A stretch of 64,000 bases of DNA. Source: Saccharolobus solfataricus P2. Its GTDB lineage: Archaea > Thermoproteota > Thermoprotei_A > Sulfolobales > Sulfolobaceae. Under the pieces are notes generated by a model. The model did not search any database and had not been told where the DNA came from. It worked only from the letters and a program-made list of their open reading frames with translations. The stretch is from assembly GCF_000007005.1 (NCBI RefSeq), contig NC_002754.1; one strand, given 5' to 3'. Each line of letters starts with the position of its first letter. Within the stretch, counting starts at the first letter, position 1. This document shows positions 52,673-63,131 of this stretch, in pieces. Made by a program: the position numbers and the translations under genes.

Positions 52673-53056
52673 TTGCGAATACTAATATTTGTGGAATATC
52701 CATATTTTGACCTTGAAACCGCTAGAGAGTTATTACCATGGCTTAGAGATCGTTTAATACAATTGAGAAAGATAAAAAACGAAATTGAGCTTCTTTTGGT
52801 TAATGGTGATAAATATGCTTTACAACAATACGCAAGTGAGACTAAAAAAATTATTGACGAAATTATCTCTAAAGGTATTATACTACGAGATATCGATATA
52901 GGCTTAGTGGATTTTCCAGCTATTATAAATAATAAGCCTGCATTCTTTTGCTGGAAAATAGACGAGAATGACATAGCGTATTGGCATTACATGGACGAGG
53001 GATTTAGAGGGAGAAAGAGGTTAACTGGCTATGAGGATATTCTAAGTTTACGTTAA
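52673..53056 (+). CDS. DUF2203 family protein
   Basis: GLVDFPA...FFCWKIDE..I.YWH...GFRGRK signature. Confidence 0.85.
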   Translation: MRILIFVEYPYFDLETARELLPWLRDRLIQLRKIKNEIELLLVNGDKYALQQYASETKKIIDEIISKGIILRDIDIGLVDFPAIINNKPAFFCWKIDENDIAYWHYMDEGFRGRKRLTGYEDILSLR

Positions 53057-53088
53057 ATTTATTTATTTAATTCTCTTAACAATTCCCT

Positions 53089-55278
53089 ATGTACGTTGGT
53101 CAAAGAGTAAAAAGGAAAGAGGATTTAAAGTTGATTACTGGTTCTGGGAGATATATTGACGATATTGAGTACCCCGGAACTTTGTACCTTTACATCGTTA
53201 GGAGTAACGTGGCCCACGCTAAAATTAAATATATTGACGTTAGGGATGCGTTAAAAGTTAATGGTGTTGTCGGAGTTATAACTGGCTTGACAATTCCTTT
53301 TGAGAACAGACCTAATAATTGGCCGATGGCTAAGGACGAGATTTTATATGTTGGTCATCCTATTGCGGCAATTTTAGCTACTGATAAGTATGTTGCTGCT
53401 GATGCGGCTGATTTGATTCAAGTGGATTATGAAGAGTTACCTGCAGTTATTAACCCAGAGAAGGCTTTAAAGGATGATGTTAAGGCTATTGAGGGTAGGA
53501 GTAATATTGCTTATAAGAAGACTTACAGTTCAGGTGACCCAGAGAAGGCTCTTTCAAATTCGGATATTGTATTAGAGGAGAAGTTTGAAATTTCAAGAGT
53601 TTATCCTTCACCGATGGAAACTAGAGGTTTACTTTCGGTATATCAAGAGGATAGTTTGCTAGTTTACGCCTCTACGCAATCCGCTCATTACATGAGGAGG
53701 TATTTATTGTCAGCCTTTGGTAACAAGGTAAAGGATATAAGGGTTATTCAGGCTGATGTAGGAGGTGCTTTCGGAGCTAAGTTATTCCCATATTCTGAGG
53801 ATTTCATAACTGTTTACGCTAGTTTGCAATATAGGAGACCAGTAAAATGGGTTGCATTAAGGAGTGAAGATATAAGGGGTATGTATCATGGTAGAGGACA
53901 GATTCATAAGGTTAAGTTTGGAGCTAAAAGGGATGGTACTTTAACTGCAATAATAGATGATGCTATTATTGACTTAGGTGCTGCTTCTCATGGAACTTAC
54001 TTAGTGGATATAGCAGCTACAATGTTACCTGGACCGTATAAAGTTAGGGATCTAAGGGTTAATGCTTATGGTGTTTACACTAATAAGACTCCTTTAGACC
54101 AGTATAGGGGAGCTGGTAGACCAGAGGCTGCTTTCGTTTATGAGAGGATAATGGATATTATCGCTGATGAGTTGAAATTGGACCCAATTTACGTTAGAAA
54201 AAGGAATTTAATCACTGAATTACCTTATGTTAATCCTTTTGGGCTAAAATACGATTCCGGAAATTACCTAAAATTGTTAGAAAATGCTGAGAAGGTTTAT
54301 AGGGAATTTGAGAAGAGGGCTAATGAGTTGAGGAAGCAAGGTAGGAGAGTTAGCGCTGGATTATCATTCTATTTGGAACAAAATAACTTTGGTCCTTGGG
54401 AGAGCGCTTCAGTTAGAATTAAGGCTGATGGCAAGGTTCAAGTTATAATAGGTGCTAGTCCACATGGTCAAGGTGCAGAAACTGGTATTGCTCAAATTGT
54501 TGCTGATGAGTTAGGGATAAGTGTAGACGACGTTGAAGTGATCTGGGGTGATACTGCTCTCATAGGTGAGGGTTTTGGTACTTACGGCAGTAGAAGTTTA
54601 ACTTTAGCTGGTAATGCTGCGTTGTTAGCAGCTAGAAGAGTTAAGGATAAGGTTCTAAGGTTAGCTGCGCAATTCATGAAGTCCGATGTTCAAGAGTTAC
54701 AGTATAAGGATGGTAAGGTAATTAATCCTAAGACTGGTAAGACAATGAGCCTAAAAGAAGTTGCCTCACGTAATATGGCTAGTCTAGGTGGTATTTGGGA
54801 ATATAAGGAGGAACCTGGGTTAGAGGCCACGGGTTATTTCGGATTTGATAATTTAACTTATCCCTATGGTTCACATGTTGTTTTAGCTGAGGTTGATAAT
54901 TCCGGTAAGGTTAAGATTTTAGATTATTACGCTATCGATGATATAGGTACTGTTGTTAATCCAATGCTAGCTGAGGCTCAAGTTATAGGAGGAGTGATTC
55001 AAGGCTTTGGTGAGAGTGTTTTGGAAGAAATTGTGTACGATGAAAATGGCAATTTACTAACTGGAAATCTATTCGATTACGCAATACCTACTGCTGTTGA
55101 GGCATTTAATATTAAATGGGAGTACATGGAAGAGGGGAAATCCAATGCTCCTTTACCAGCTAAGGGAATTGGGGAGGGTGCAACTATTGGTACTCCACCA
55201 GCGTTGATAAGGGCAATAGAAAAGGCAATAGGTAAGAGGTTGACCAGATTGCCGAGTAGGTTAGAGGATTTGCTATGA
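53089..55278 (+). CDS. cutA: Xanthine dehydrogenase/CoxL-CutA family molybdopterin large subunit (aldehyde oxidoreductase type)
   Basis: VGGAFGAK, QYRGAGRPEA, GTYGSRS and KGIGEG motifs; lacks the AYxCSFR of form I CO dehydrogenase. Confidence 0.88.
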   Translation: MYVGQRVKRKEDLKLITGSGRYIDDIEYPGTLYLYIVRSNVAHAKIKYIDVRDALKVNGVVGVITGLTIPFENRPNNWPMAKDEILYVGHPIAAILATDKYVAADAADLIQVDYEELPAVINPEKALKDDVKAIEGRSNIAYKKTYSSGDPEKALSNSDIVLEEKFEISRVYPSPMETRGLLSVYQEDSLLVYASTQSAHYMRRYLLSAFGNKVKDIRVIQADVGGAFGAKLFPYSEDFITVYASLQYRRPVKWVALRSEDIRGMYHGRGQIHKVKFGAKRDGTLTAIIDDAIIDLGAASHGTYLVDIAATMLPGPYKVRDLRVNAYGVYTNKTPLDQYRGAGRPEAAFVYERIMDIIADELKLDPIYVRKRNLITELPYVNPFGLKYDSGNYLKLLENAEKVYREFEKRANELRKQGRRVSAGLSFYLEQNNFGPWESASVRIKADGKVQVIIGASPHGQGAETGIAQIVADELGISVDDVEVIWGDTALIGEGFGTYGSRSLTLAGNAALLAARRVKDKVLRLAAQFMKSDVQELQYKDGKVINPKTGKTMSLKEVASRNMASLGGIWEYKEEPGLEATGYFGFDNLTYPYGSHVVLAEVDNSGKVKILDYYAIDDIGTVVNPMLAEAQVIGGVIQGFGESVLEEIVYDENGNLLTGNLFDYAIPTAVEAFNIKWEYMEEGKSNAPLPAKGIGEGATIGTPPALIRAIEKAIGKRLTRLPSRLEDLL

Positions 55279-55527
55279 ATTTTTTATTTATATACTCTGA
55301 AAATAAAACTCTAGATTAAACTTAGACACATCTTATTATATTTATCCTTGATCTATCTCATTACTTAACTTTGGCTTTTAAAAGGTAACAATCACAAACT
55401 AAAGCAAGATCTCACACTTATTGCTATTCCTATGAAATTTCCCTTTTTTGTAAAATAATTTAAAATTCTTTTAACAGTAGTATAGATAGAAAACTATTTA
55501 AGTAAAAATAAACACTGTTAAAGTAGC

Positions 55528-56227
55528 ATGACTCAAGTAATAGAATCCTATTCCTCACCCTTTTATAAGAACATAATCGACTTACCTCCATCAATGGTAA
55601 GGAAATTATGGAAAAGCGGAAAGATAATGATACTCGATATTAGAACACCACAAGAATATGAGGAACATCACATACCGGGGGCAATCTTAGCACCCCTAGA
55701 TTATTTAGAGCATTTAACTGAACTTTTCGAAGATAAGGAAGTCGCTGTTGTATGCGAGCACGGAAATAGGGCTAGGTACGCCACATACGGTATGCCTCAT
55801 CTTTATAAGAAAAGAGCTTACTACATGATTGGTGGAATGGCATTGTGGATGTGTTTACCCGTGGCGTAACTTCTGCTTACTTTTAACCACTTCTAATTCC
55901 GCCACGGGCACCCCTCTTGAGGGCTCATACACACTCACCCTCAACTCATTGGGGCTAGTCGAGGGAAACACCACTACCCTCCCATCCGTATTTGTCGCCC
56001 CAATACCTCGTGAGCATAGCCCGTCATCAGTATGGAGTTCATCAATTTATAATGTAGAGGAAATAATATATAAACATAATCATAATAAAGATCATATTGT
56101 GAAATGATTAAAAGTATTTAAAAGTTATGCAAATGTGTTACAGTCTTTGGGTTACGAAGTTGAAAGTGGAATGGATGAAAATGAATTACTATGGCAAAAG
56201 ATTCTAGAAAGGAAATTCAACTATTAA
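55528..56227 (+). pseudogene. Rhodanese-domain gene interrupted by an IS remnant
   Basis: LDIRTPQEY, HIPGA, VCEHGNRA and GGMALWM, then resumes after the insert as SLGYEVESG...KFNY* (56144..56227). Confidence 0.8.
55852..56142 (-). mobile_element. 291-bp internally deleted IS remnant
   Basis: Imperfect TIRs TGTTTACCCGTGGCGTAAC / TGTAACACATTTGCATAAC. The GC-richer interior looks like a transposase 3' end, and removing it (plus 1 nt) restores the rhodanese frame. Confidence 0.65.
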
Positions 56228-56615
56228 CAAGCTGAGCTTCCACAGGAATGTAAATAGTGTCTTGATTGGTCACTACTACTAGGGTCAAAGTGACCGTTTG
56301 GATCCCATTAGGAAAGGTAAATCCAGTGTTAATGGTATATTTATTTAGACCTACTGATATTGTATAGGTAACTTTATGTAAAGTTGCATTGTAGATTACC
56401 CCTACTATCTTGGCGTTACTAAAGGAATTCTCCAAGGTGATGTTGAGTTCACCGTTTTGCGTTATGAGAGCTGTACCTATTTGTTTCACGTATCCATAGT
56501 TGCTTCCAAAATATCCTAGATATGTGAATAATATGGAAACTACTGTTATTGCTAAGATTACTGAGGCTAGTAACACTATCATCATTGTAACGGAATCGCT
56601 TAAACCTTTTCTCAT
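56217..56615 (-). CDS. Type IV pilin-like protein
   Basis: MRKG|LSDSVTMMIVLLASVILAITVV class III signal peptide; YVKQIG and ISVGLNKYTI parallel the 52141 pilin. Confidence 0.8.
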   Translation of the reverse strand: MRKGLSDSVTMMIVLLASVILAITVVSILFTYLGYFGSNYGYVKQIGTALITQNGELNITLENSFSNAKIVGVIYNATLHKVTYTISVGLNKYTINTGFTFPNGIQTVTLTLVVVTNQDTIYIPVEAQLVNS

Positions 56616-56640
56616 ATATATGTTTAGCATTTATCGGAAA

Positions 56641-57790
56641 ATCCTGGCAGTTCAAGAGGCCCATAAAAACTTTTTAAAATTAGAACCTTTAATTTTGGTA
56701 TGACCAAAGAATTGACGAGGGAGGAGTACTATAAGGCATTGGAAAAGGCAGTTAACGAGGTCATACTATCCATGACTGGAACGAGGAAGGACGTTGCCAA
56801 GAGGCTACTCTTGGGGGCGGTTGTGGGAAGAAATGCTACCGAGATAGCTCAAGAGGCCGAGATGGACTACGAGACCGTACTGAATAACTTGGACAAGGCA
56901 GCTCAAGCCAAACTAATCGAGGTCGTGAAGAAGTTAGTCGGGGATCATCCTGTCCTTCTCATAATAGACGACACCCACGACCACAAGCTCTACGCTAGGG
57001 CCATGCCGGTCTCCAGAAACGGGGCGCAGATCTTCTACTGTAGGGCGCACAAGAGGTTCGAACCCGCGATCCAACTCCTTGTGATTGGCGTCAAGGATCT
57101 GGTGAACAACCAGATCTACGTGATCCACATAATTGCCTACATACCCCGAAAGGTGGAAGAGGAGCTCAAGCGTAGGGGTGAGGAGGTGAAGTTCAAGACC
57201 AAGATAGATGCCCTCTTGGAGTTTCTCTCCTCCCTCTCAGGTTTGAATGTAAAAGCTAGGGTCTTCGACTCATGGTACGTGAACTCGAGGACTCTCCAAG
57301 GGAATACTGTGGGGGAACTCAAGTCCAGCGCGCGAGTCGTCGAGGGTGGCAGATCCGTGCCCGTTAGCGAGTTCCCCCAAGGGGAGTACCTGGTAGAGTA
57401 CTTGGGGACTCCCATAAAGTTACTTGTTATAGATGACTATAAGGGTTACGGGAGGAGGTATTTCTTCTCCACCGACCTTAACGACACGGCTGAAGATATC
57501 ATAACGACCTGGGAGAACCGTTGGGACATAGAGGTCTTGATCAGGGAGCTCAAGGCCTTGGGACTCGAGGGTGGGTCCTTCTTGACCTGGGTTAGGAACT
57601 CAGGCTTCGTGGCCTTGAAGGCTCTCTCCCTCCTCGTTGTTCAATACTTCAAGTACTCCACGGGTCTGATGCTCGGGGCCAAAAGGTTGGCCAGATTGAT
57701 AAAAAGTATTTACCGTGAGGCGGGTGGGATCAAAAAACTGTTCAAGAGGAGGAGAAAACCGTAAAGTGCTATATGTTATTCAGTCTTGGC
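56641..57790 (+). mobile_element. ISC1217-like IS (ends approximate)
   Basis: GC-richer block carrying an intact DDE transposase. I could not fix the TIRs. Confidence 0.7.
56700..57764 (+). CDS. DDE transposase (ISC1217-like)
   Basis: LIIDDT, VFDSWY and NRWDIEVLIRELK motifs. Confidence 0.88.
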   Translation: MTKELTREEYYKALEKAVNEVILSMTGTRKDVAKRLLLGAVVGRNATEIAQEAEMDYETVLNNLDKAAQAKLIEVVKKLVGDHPVLLIIDDTHDHKLYARAMPVSRNGAQIFYCRAHKRFEPAIQLLVIGVKDLVNNQIYVIHIIAYIPRKVEEELKRRGEEVKFKTKIDALLEFLSSLSGLNVKARVFDSWYVNSRTLQGNTVGELKSSARVVEGGRSVPVSEFPQGEYLVEYLGTPIKLLVIDDYKGYGRRYFFSTDLNDTAEDIITTWENRWDIEVLIRELKALGLEGGSFLTWVRNSGFVALKALSLLVVQYFKYSTGLMLGAKRLARLIKSIYREAGGIKKLFKRRRKP

Positions 57791-57954
57791 TGAATATAAA
57801 TTAGACTGTTTTATATAGATTTTTTATACTTATTTTTATATATGGTTATACGAGTATAGTAAAAAAGATTTATATAGAATAGAAACATTTGATATTCTTT
57901 TCCTATGATGAAGGAGACGAATTACCCGACCCTTTAGGATATGCCAAATACTTT

Positions 57955-58133
57955 TAGTAGTTTTAGGAAATTCCCTTATCATAAAAAGTCAAAATATTTA
58001 TCCATGTATTTATAAATATCTTTCATTGCACTTCTTAATATTATAGCTTATCAATAAACATTTCTCATCTAACCAGGAAAGATTCGTTATATATTTTTAA
58101 TGTAACGTAAAAGTGTAACGATTTTCCTATAAA
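57955..58133 (-). repeat. 179-bp AT-rich dispersed repeat, copy B
   Basis: Near-identical to 27412..27590 in inverted orientation. Confidence 0.85.
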
Positions 58134-58261
58134 CGCTATACTTTTTTACCAAAACTAAGAGGTTCGTATATATGTCCTTTGAACCCCCTAAAATCCACCC
58201 TTGATAACGATATTTCGAGTTAATAGAAAACACTTTAAACCTTATTATATCATAAAAACAC

Positions 58262-60619
58262 ATGATTAAGGTTAATAGATACGAGATTTTTCTTGATTTT
58301 AGCTTTCAAACTGGAGATTATAAGGGATATGAGAAAATCGAAATGGAAAGCGATGAAGAAACAGTAGTACTGGACGCTGTAGGTTTGAAGATAGTAAAGG
58401 CCAAGGTAAACGGAAAAGAGATTGAATTCTCTCAAGATGAGAGTAGAGTCAACGTGAAGAGCGGATCCTTTTCCGGTATTTTAGAAGTGGAATTTGAGGG
58501 AAAGGTTACTGAAAGGAAGTTGGTGGGTATTTATAAGGCCTCTTATAAAGACGGATACGTTATTAGTACGCAGTTTGAGGCTACACATGCTAGGGACTTT
58601 ATACCTTGTTTCGATCATCCTGCAATGAAGGCCAGGTTTAAGTTAACTGTTAGAGTTGATAAAGGACTTAAGGTAATATCCAATATGCCAGTAGTGAGAG
58701 AAAAGGAAGAGAATGGGAAAGTAGTATATGAATTTGATGAAACGCCTAAAATGTCTACCTATTTACTATACCTAGGAATTGGAAACTTTGAAGAAATTAG
58801 GGATGAAGGTAAAATCCCGACAATTATAGTAGCCACAATACCGGGCAAAGTACAAAAGGGAAGATTCTCTATGCAGATCTCAAGAAATTCTATAGAGTTC
58901 TATGAAAAGTATTTTGAAATTCCCTACCAATTGCCTAAGGTTCATTTAATCGCAATACCGGAATTCGCATATGGTGCAATGGAGAATTGGGGTGCTATTA
59001 CATTTAGGGAGACTGCTTTATTGGCTGACGATTCTTCATCTGTTTATCAGAAGTTTAGAGTTGCTGAGGTTGTTGCTCATGAGTTGGCTCATCAGTGGTT
59101 TGGTAATTTGGTTACTTTGAAGTGGTGGGATGATTTATGGTTAAACGAGAGTTTCGCAACATTCATGAGCCATAAGGCTATTTCACAATTATTCCCTTCA
59201 TGGAACTTCTGGGACTATTTCGTTTTGAACCAGACTTCTAGAGCCTTAGAAAAGGACTCTGTATCGACTACACACCCAATAGAGGCACACGTAAGGGACC
59301 CCAATGAAGTAGAGCAGATGTTTGACGATATTAGTTATGGTAAGGGGGCTAGTATTTTGAGGATGATTGAGGCTTATGTTGGTGAGGAGAATTTTAGGAG
59401 AGGGGTTGTTAATTACTTAAAGAAGTTCTCGTATTCAAACGCTCAAGGTTCTGATTTATGGAATTCAATTTCTGAAGTTTACGGTTCCGATATTTCTCCA
59501 ATAATGGCTGATTGGATAACTAAACCTGGTTATCCAATGGTTAGAGTTAGCGTCTCTGGAAAACGCGTGAGCTTAGAACAGGAGAGATTTTCGTTGATAG
59601 GAAATGTCGAGAACCTACTTTATAAGATTCCTCTTACCATGGAGGTTAACGGCAAGGTTGTAACTCATTTATTAGACAAGGAGAGAGATACTATGGTATT
59701 TGAGGAAGATGTAAAGAGCTTAAAGGTTAATGTAAATAGGACTGGGTTTTACAGAGTATTTTATTATAATAACTCCGATCTAGTGTTTAACAGTAATTTA
59801 TCAGAACTTGACAAGTGGGGTATTATAAACGATTATTGGGCTTTCCTATTGGCTGGTAAAATAGGTTTCAAGGAATATGAAAGGGTAATATCTAAATTCT
59901 TTAACGATAAGGATTTCTTACCGGTTAATGAGCTTTCTAATGAATTATTTACACTTCATGCAATAAATCCAGATAAATATCAAGGTATTGCAAAGGAATT
60001 TCATAGAATTCAGCTAAAGAATTGGAGAAATTCAAAGGATGAATTAGGAAGATTAACGTACTCAAATATTCTCTATAGACTTGCTGCAATAGATGATGAG
60101 TTCTCTTTAGGCCTTTCAGAGCTATTCAGATTCTATGGCTCTCTAGATTCTGATACTAGACAAGGAGTAGCTGTAGCATATGCTATAACCTATGAAGACA
60201 ATTCCGTTGACGAGTTGTTAGAGAGGTTTAGGAAGGAAACCTTTGATGAAGAGAAGCTTAGATATTTAACTGCTATGTTATTCTTCAGGAAGCCTTACCT
60301 CGTGGGTAACACTTTAAGCTTAATACTGAGTGGTGAGATTAAGAAGCAAGATATTCCTTTAACTTTAAGCACAGCTGCTTACAATCCTTACGCTAAGAGT
60401 GCAGTACTAAACTGGATTAAGATGCATATTAACTTCATGAGAGAGGCCTATAAGGGTACTGGAATACTTGGGAGAAGACTTGCGGAGGTTATTCCGTTAA
60501 TAGGAATAGGGGCGGAAAGAGAAACTGAGCAGTTCTTTAGTAATCTTAATATGCCAGAAGCGGAGAGGGGAATAGGGACAGGGTTAGAGTTACTTAAAGC
60601 GTATTCAAGGTTAAAGTAA
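58262..60619 (+). CDS. ape2: M1 family (leucyl/alanyl) aminopeptidase
   Basis: GAMENWG, HELAHQW...WLNES and YGKG motifs. Confidence 0.95.
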   Translation: MIKVNRYEIFLDFSFQTGDYKGYEKIEMESDEETVVLDAVGLKIVKAKVNGKEIEFSQDESRVNVKSGSFSGILEVEFEGKVTERKLVGIYKASYKDGYVISTQFEATHARDFIPCFDHPAMKARFKLTVRVDKGLKVISNMPVVREKEENGKVVYEFDETPKMSTYLLYLGIGNFEEIRDEGKIPTIIVATIPGKVQKGRFSMQISRNSIEFYEKYFEIPYQLPKVHLIAIPEFAYGAMENWGAITFRETALLADDSSSVYQKFRVAEVVAHELAHQWFGNLVTLKWWDDLWLNESFATFMSHKAISQLFPSWNFWDYFVLNQTSRALEKDSVSTTHPIEAHVRDPNEVEQMFDDISYGKGASILRMIEAYVGEENFRRGVVNYLKKFSYSNAQGSDLWNSISEVYGSDISPIMADWITKPGYPMVRVSVSGKRVSLEQERFSLIGNVENLLYKIPLTMEVNGKVVTHLLDKERDTMVFEEDVKSLKVNVNRTGFYRVFYYNNSDLVFNSNLSELDKWGIINDYWAFLLAGKIGFKEYERVISKFFNDKDFLPVNELSNELFTLHAINPDKYQGIAKEFHRIQLKNWRNSKDELGRLTYSNILYRLAAIDDEFSLGLSELFRFYGSLDSDTRQGVAVAYAITYEDNSVDELLERFRKETFDEEKLRYLTAMLFFRKPYLVGNTLSLILSGEIKKQDIPLTLSTAAYNPYAKSAVLNWIKMHINFMREAYKGTGILGRRLAEVIPLIGIGAERETEQFFSNLNMPEAERGIGTGLELLKAYSRLK

Positions 60620-60668
60620 TAAAGGTTTTTTAACATCTACCTTTTAACTTTTAACGGTATTATACATT

Positions 60669-61019
60669 ATGGATAAGTATAAACTAGCTCTATTAGGCGA
60701 AGCTGGTGCAGCCGGATTAGATAGGGGATTTTCAATTAGATATAAGATATTTCGTGAGTCCTACTCAAATGAGATGTATCACTGGAAGTATTTTCAGAAG
60801 TATAGGAGGTCTTTCCTAGAGAAACCAGTATATTATGTTTTTTCAATATTGGGTTTTATAATCTCGCTATTTGGAATAGAGGCAGTTAAGAAGGTTAATG
60901 AAATTGTGGAAAGAAACGCTATTGATTTTTACAAGAATAACTTCAATGAGGACGACGAGGATATAATGAGAATTTTAGAGGACGAGAAAAAACACTTCGC
61001 AATGTCAGTTGATGCTTAA
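60669..61019 (+). CDS. Ferritin-like di-iron protein, Coq7-like
   Basis: GEAGA, NEMYH, VERNAIDFY and DEKKH give E/ExxH/E/ExxH, with a hydrophobic helix in between. Confidence 0.6.
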   Translation: MDKYKLALLGEAGAAGLDRGFSIRYKIFRESYSNEMYHWKYFQKYRRSFLEKPVYYVFSILGFIISLFGIEAVKKVNEIVERNAIDFYKNNFNEDDEDIMRILEDEKKHFAMSVDA

Positions 61020-61027
61020 ATACGTTT

Positions 61028-61879
61028 TTGTATAACAAGTTTAAATTGATGGCAAAGATTTATTTAGGTCCCGCTGGGGTTCCTCATTCGGCTAAAAAGA
61101 AGAATACTGTGGAGGGTATAAGGACTGTTAAAGAGTTGGGCTTAAACGCTATGGAAGTTGAGTTTGTTCAAGGTGTAAGGATGAGTAAGGAAACCGCAGA
61201 GGAAACTGGACAAGTTGCAAGGGAATTGGGAGTTAGGTTATCGGTCCACGCTCCATATTTTATAAACCTATGTTCTGAGGAAAAGGAGAAAATTGAGGCT
61301 TCGAAGCAGAGAATTTTAGATACTGCTGATAGAGCTGAGTTAATGGGGGCTGACGCTATAGCTATTCATATTGCATTCTATGGGAAAATGACTCCAGAGG
61401 AATGTTATCAAAACGTTAAAGAAGGATTAGAAGAGGTAATAGATAAGGCTAGGGAAATGGGGATAAGGAACGTTAAGTTTGGTGTTGAAACTATGGCTAA
61501 AGAAACTGCCTTTGGGACTTTGGATGAGGTTATTTCAATATCTAAGGAATTAAAGGGTGTGATACCCTATATAGATTGGGCTCATACTTTTGCTAGGCAG
61601 GGTGGAGAAATAGATTACGGGAAGATTATAGATAGGCTAATTAAGGAGCTAGGTTTAACTCATATAAATTCCCACTTTGAATCTCTAGTTTATAGAAGAG
61701 GAAAATATGTAGATGAGCACATTCCCATAGACGCTAACGCTCCGCCATTTGAACCATTAGCGAAGGAGTTGCTTAAAAGGGATATTTCAATAACATTAAT
61801 ATGTGAAAGTCCAGAATTAGAAAGAGATGCGTTAAAAATGAAGGAGGTATTAGAGAGGCTTGGATATAGGCTCGAATGA
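61028..61879 (+). CDS. nfo: Endonuclease IV-like AP endonuclease
   Basis: SVHAPYFINL, VETM, DWAH, SHFES and LICES motifs. Confidence 0.9.
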   Translation: MYNKFKLMAKIYLGPAGVPHSAKKKNTVEGIRTVKELGLNAMEVEFVQGVRMSKETAEETGQVARELGVRLSVHAPYFINLCSEEKEKIEASKQRILDTADRAELMGADAIAIHIAFYGKMTPEECYQNVKEGLEEVIDKAREMGIRNVKFGVETMAKETAFGTLDEVISISKELKGVIPYIDWAHTFARQGGEIDYGKIIDRLIKELGLTHINSHFESLVYRRGKYVDEHIPIDANAPPFEPLAKELLKRDISITLICESPELERDALKMKEVLERLGYRLE

Positions 61880-62561
61880 AATATTAGTAGCTTCAGATTA
61901 TGATAGGACGTTAGCCAGTGAAGAGAATAATTTTGTAATATCACCGATTGTTTCACAAAAAGTAAATGAATTTTCAAAAAAATATAAATTTGTAGTGGTA
62001 ACTGGTAGGGAGAAGAAATTTATTGATAAATTGGCTGTTGGTTTGAAACCCACTGCATGGATACTGGAGAATGGTTCCCTAATACTTTTCAACGATAGAG
62101 AATTTGTGCTTTGTGAAAAAAGTTGGTTTGAAAGAGATAGGAAGAAGATTATTGAAATATTAGATAACCTTAAGGTTAGGTATTCCATAGGTAGGATTAT
62201 ATTGTATGTGGATGGCTATGGATCTAAATTAGATATGTTAAGTGAAATAGAAAAGTATGGGAGAATAGAGGTAAATAGAAACGATGCTATGATACTACCT
62301 AAAGGTGTGGATAAGGGTGTAGGAGTTTTGAAGTTTAAGGAATTAACTGGGTTTAAGGGAAAGATAATAGCCTTAGGAGACAGTGAAAATGATTATGCGT
62401 TGTTTAGAGTTGCCGACATTAAAGTAGCAGTTGCAAATGCAATACCTCAAATAAAGGAAATTGCTGACATAGTTACCGAAAATCCTAATGGTTTAGGAGT
62501 CGTGGAGATTTTAGATAAGATACTATCTGGAAATTTTGGAAAAGAAGTAGATATCTACTAA
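61860..62561 (+). CDS. HAD-IIB (Cof/phosphoglycolate phosphatase-like) hydrolase
   Basis: DYDRT, VTGR, VDKG and GDSENDY motifs. Confidence 0.9.
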   Translation: MDIGSNEILVASDYDRTLASEENNFVISPIVSQKVNEFSKKYKFVVVTGREKKFIDKLAVGLKPTAWILENGSLILFNDREFVLCEKSWFERDRKKIIEILDNLKVRYSIGRIILYVDGYGSKLDMLSEIEKYGRIEVNRNDAMILPKGVDKGVGVLKFKELTGFKGKIIALGDSENDYALFRVADIKVAVANAIPQIKEIADIVTENPNGLGVVEILDKILSGNFGKEVDIY

Positions 62562-63131
62562 GAACTCGTGAACTCTTCTCATATGCCATGGGTAATAAGG
62601 TTTTAATCTAAACCTCTCAGACAATATTTCAGTAGAAAACCCATAGTCTTTAGCCATTGTAATAATGATTTCTCTTGATCTCTCGTTGGACTTATGTATT
62701 GAGTATACCACATCAGAGATACTAAACGCTGTTTGTAAAAACTTGATATCTATTCCTCTATTTACTACTCCAAATGGTGGATTCTGAATTACAGTATCAA
62801 ATTTAGAATAAAATTGAGTTGCATCAGCATTAATTAGCTCTATATCTAAATCCAATTCACTTTTCATATTCTTTACAGTGTCTAGTGATTCCATATCAAT
62901 TTCCACACAAGTACAATAAGCACCTAAAAGTGATGCCGCTAAACAGAAGACGCCAGTCCCACAGCCTAAATCAACTACCTTTTTACTACTTAGATGTCCA
63001 GATATATAAGCATGCCAAATTATTTGAGCTACTATTGGTGAAGGCGTTACGTACTGTTCTAGTTCGTATTTGGGATTTGGATGGGGTCTTGAGTACTTCT
63101 CTAGGAATTTCTCAATTTCTCTTTTACTAAT
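62523..63131 (-). CDS. METTL5-like class I SAM methyltransferase (probable non-AUG start)
   Basis: The frame is open from ATT 63131: ISKREIEKFLEK...ELEQYVTP...VDLGCGTG...QNPPFG. It has no ATG/GTG/TTG until 62906. Confidence 0.85.
   Translation of the reverse strand: MSKREIEKFLEKYSRPHPNPKYELEQYVTPSPIVAQIIWHAYISGHLSSKKVVDLGCGTGVFCLAASLLGAYCTCVEIDMESLDTVKNMKSELDLDIELINADATQFYSKFDTVIQNPPFGVVNRGIDIKFLQTAFSISDVVYSIHKSNERSREIIITMAKDYGFSTEILSERFRLKPYYPWHMRRVHEFLVDIYFFSKISR

Noticed and set aside
53089-55278. Aerobic CO dehydrogenase large subunit
   Set aside because: It has YRGAGR rather than the AYxCSFR loop. Orphan large subunits are common in Sulfolobales.
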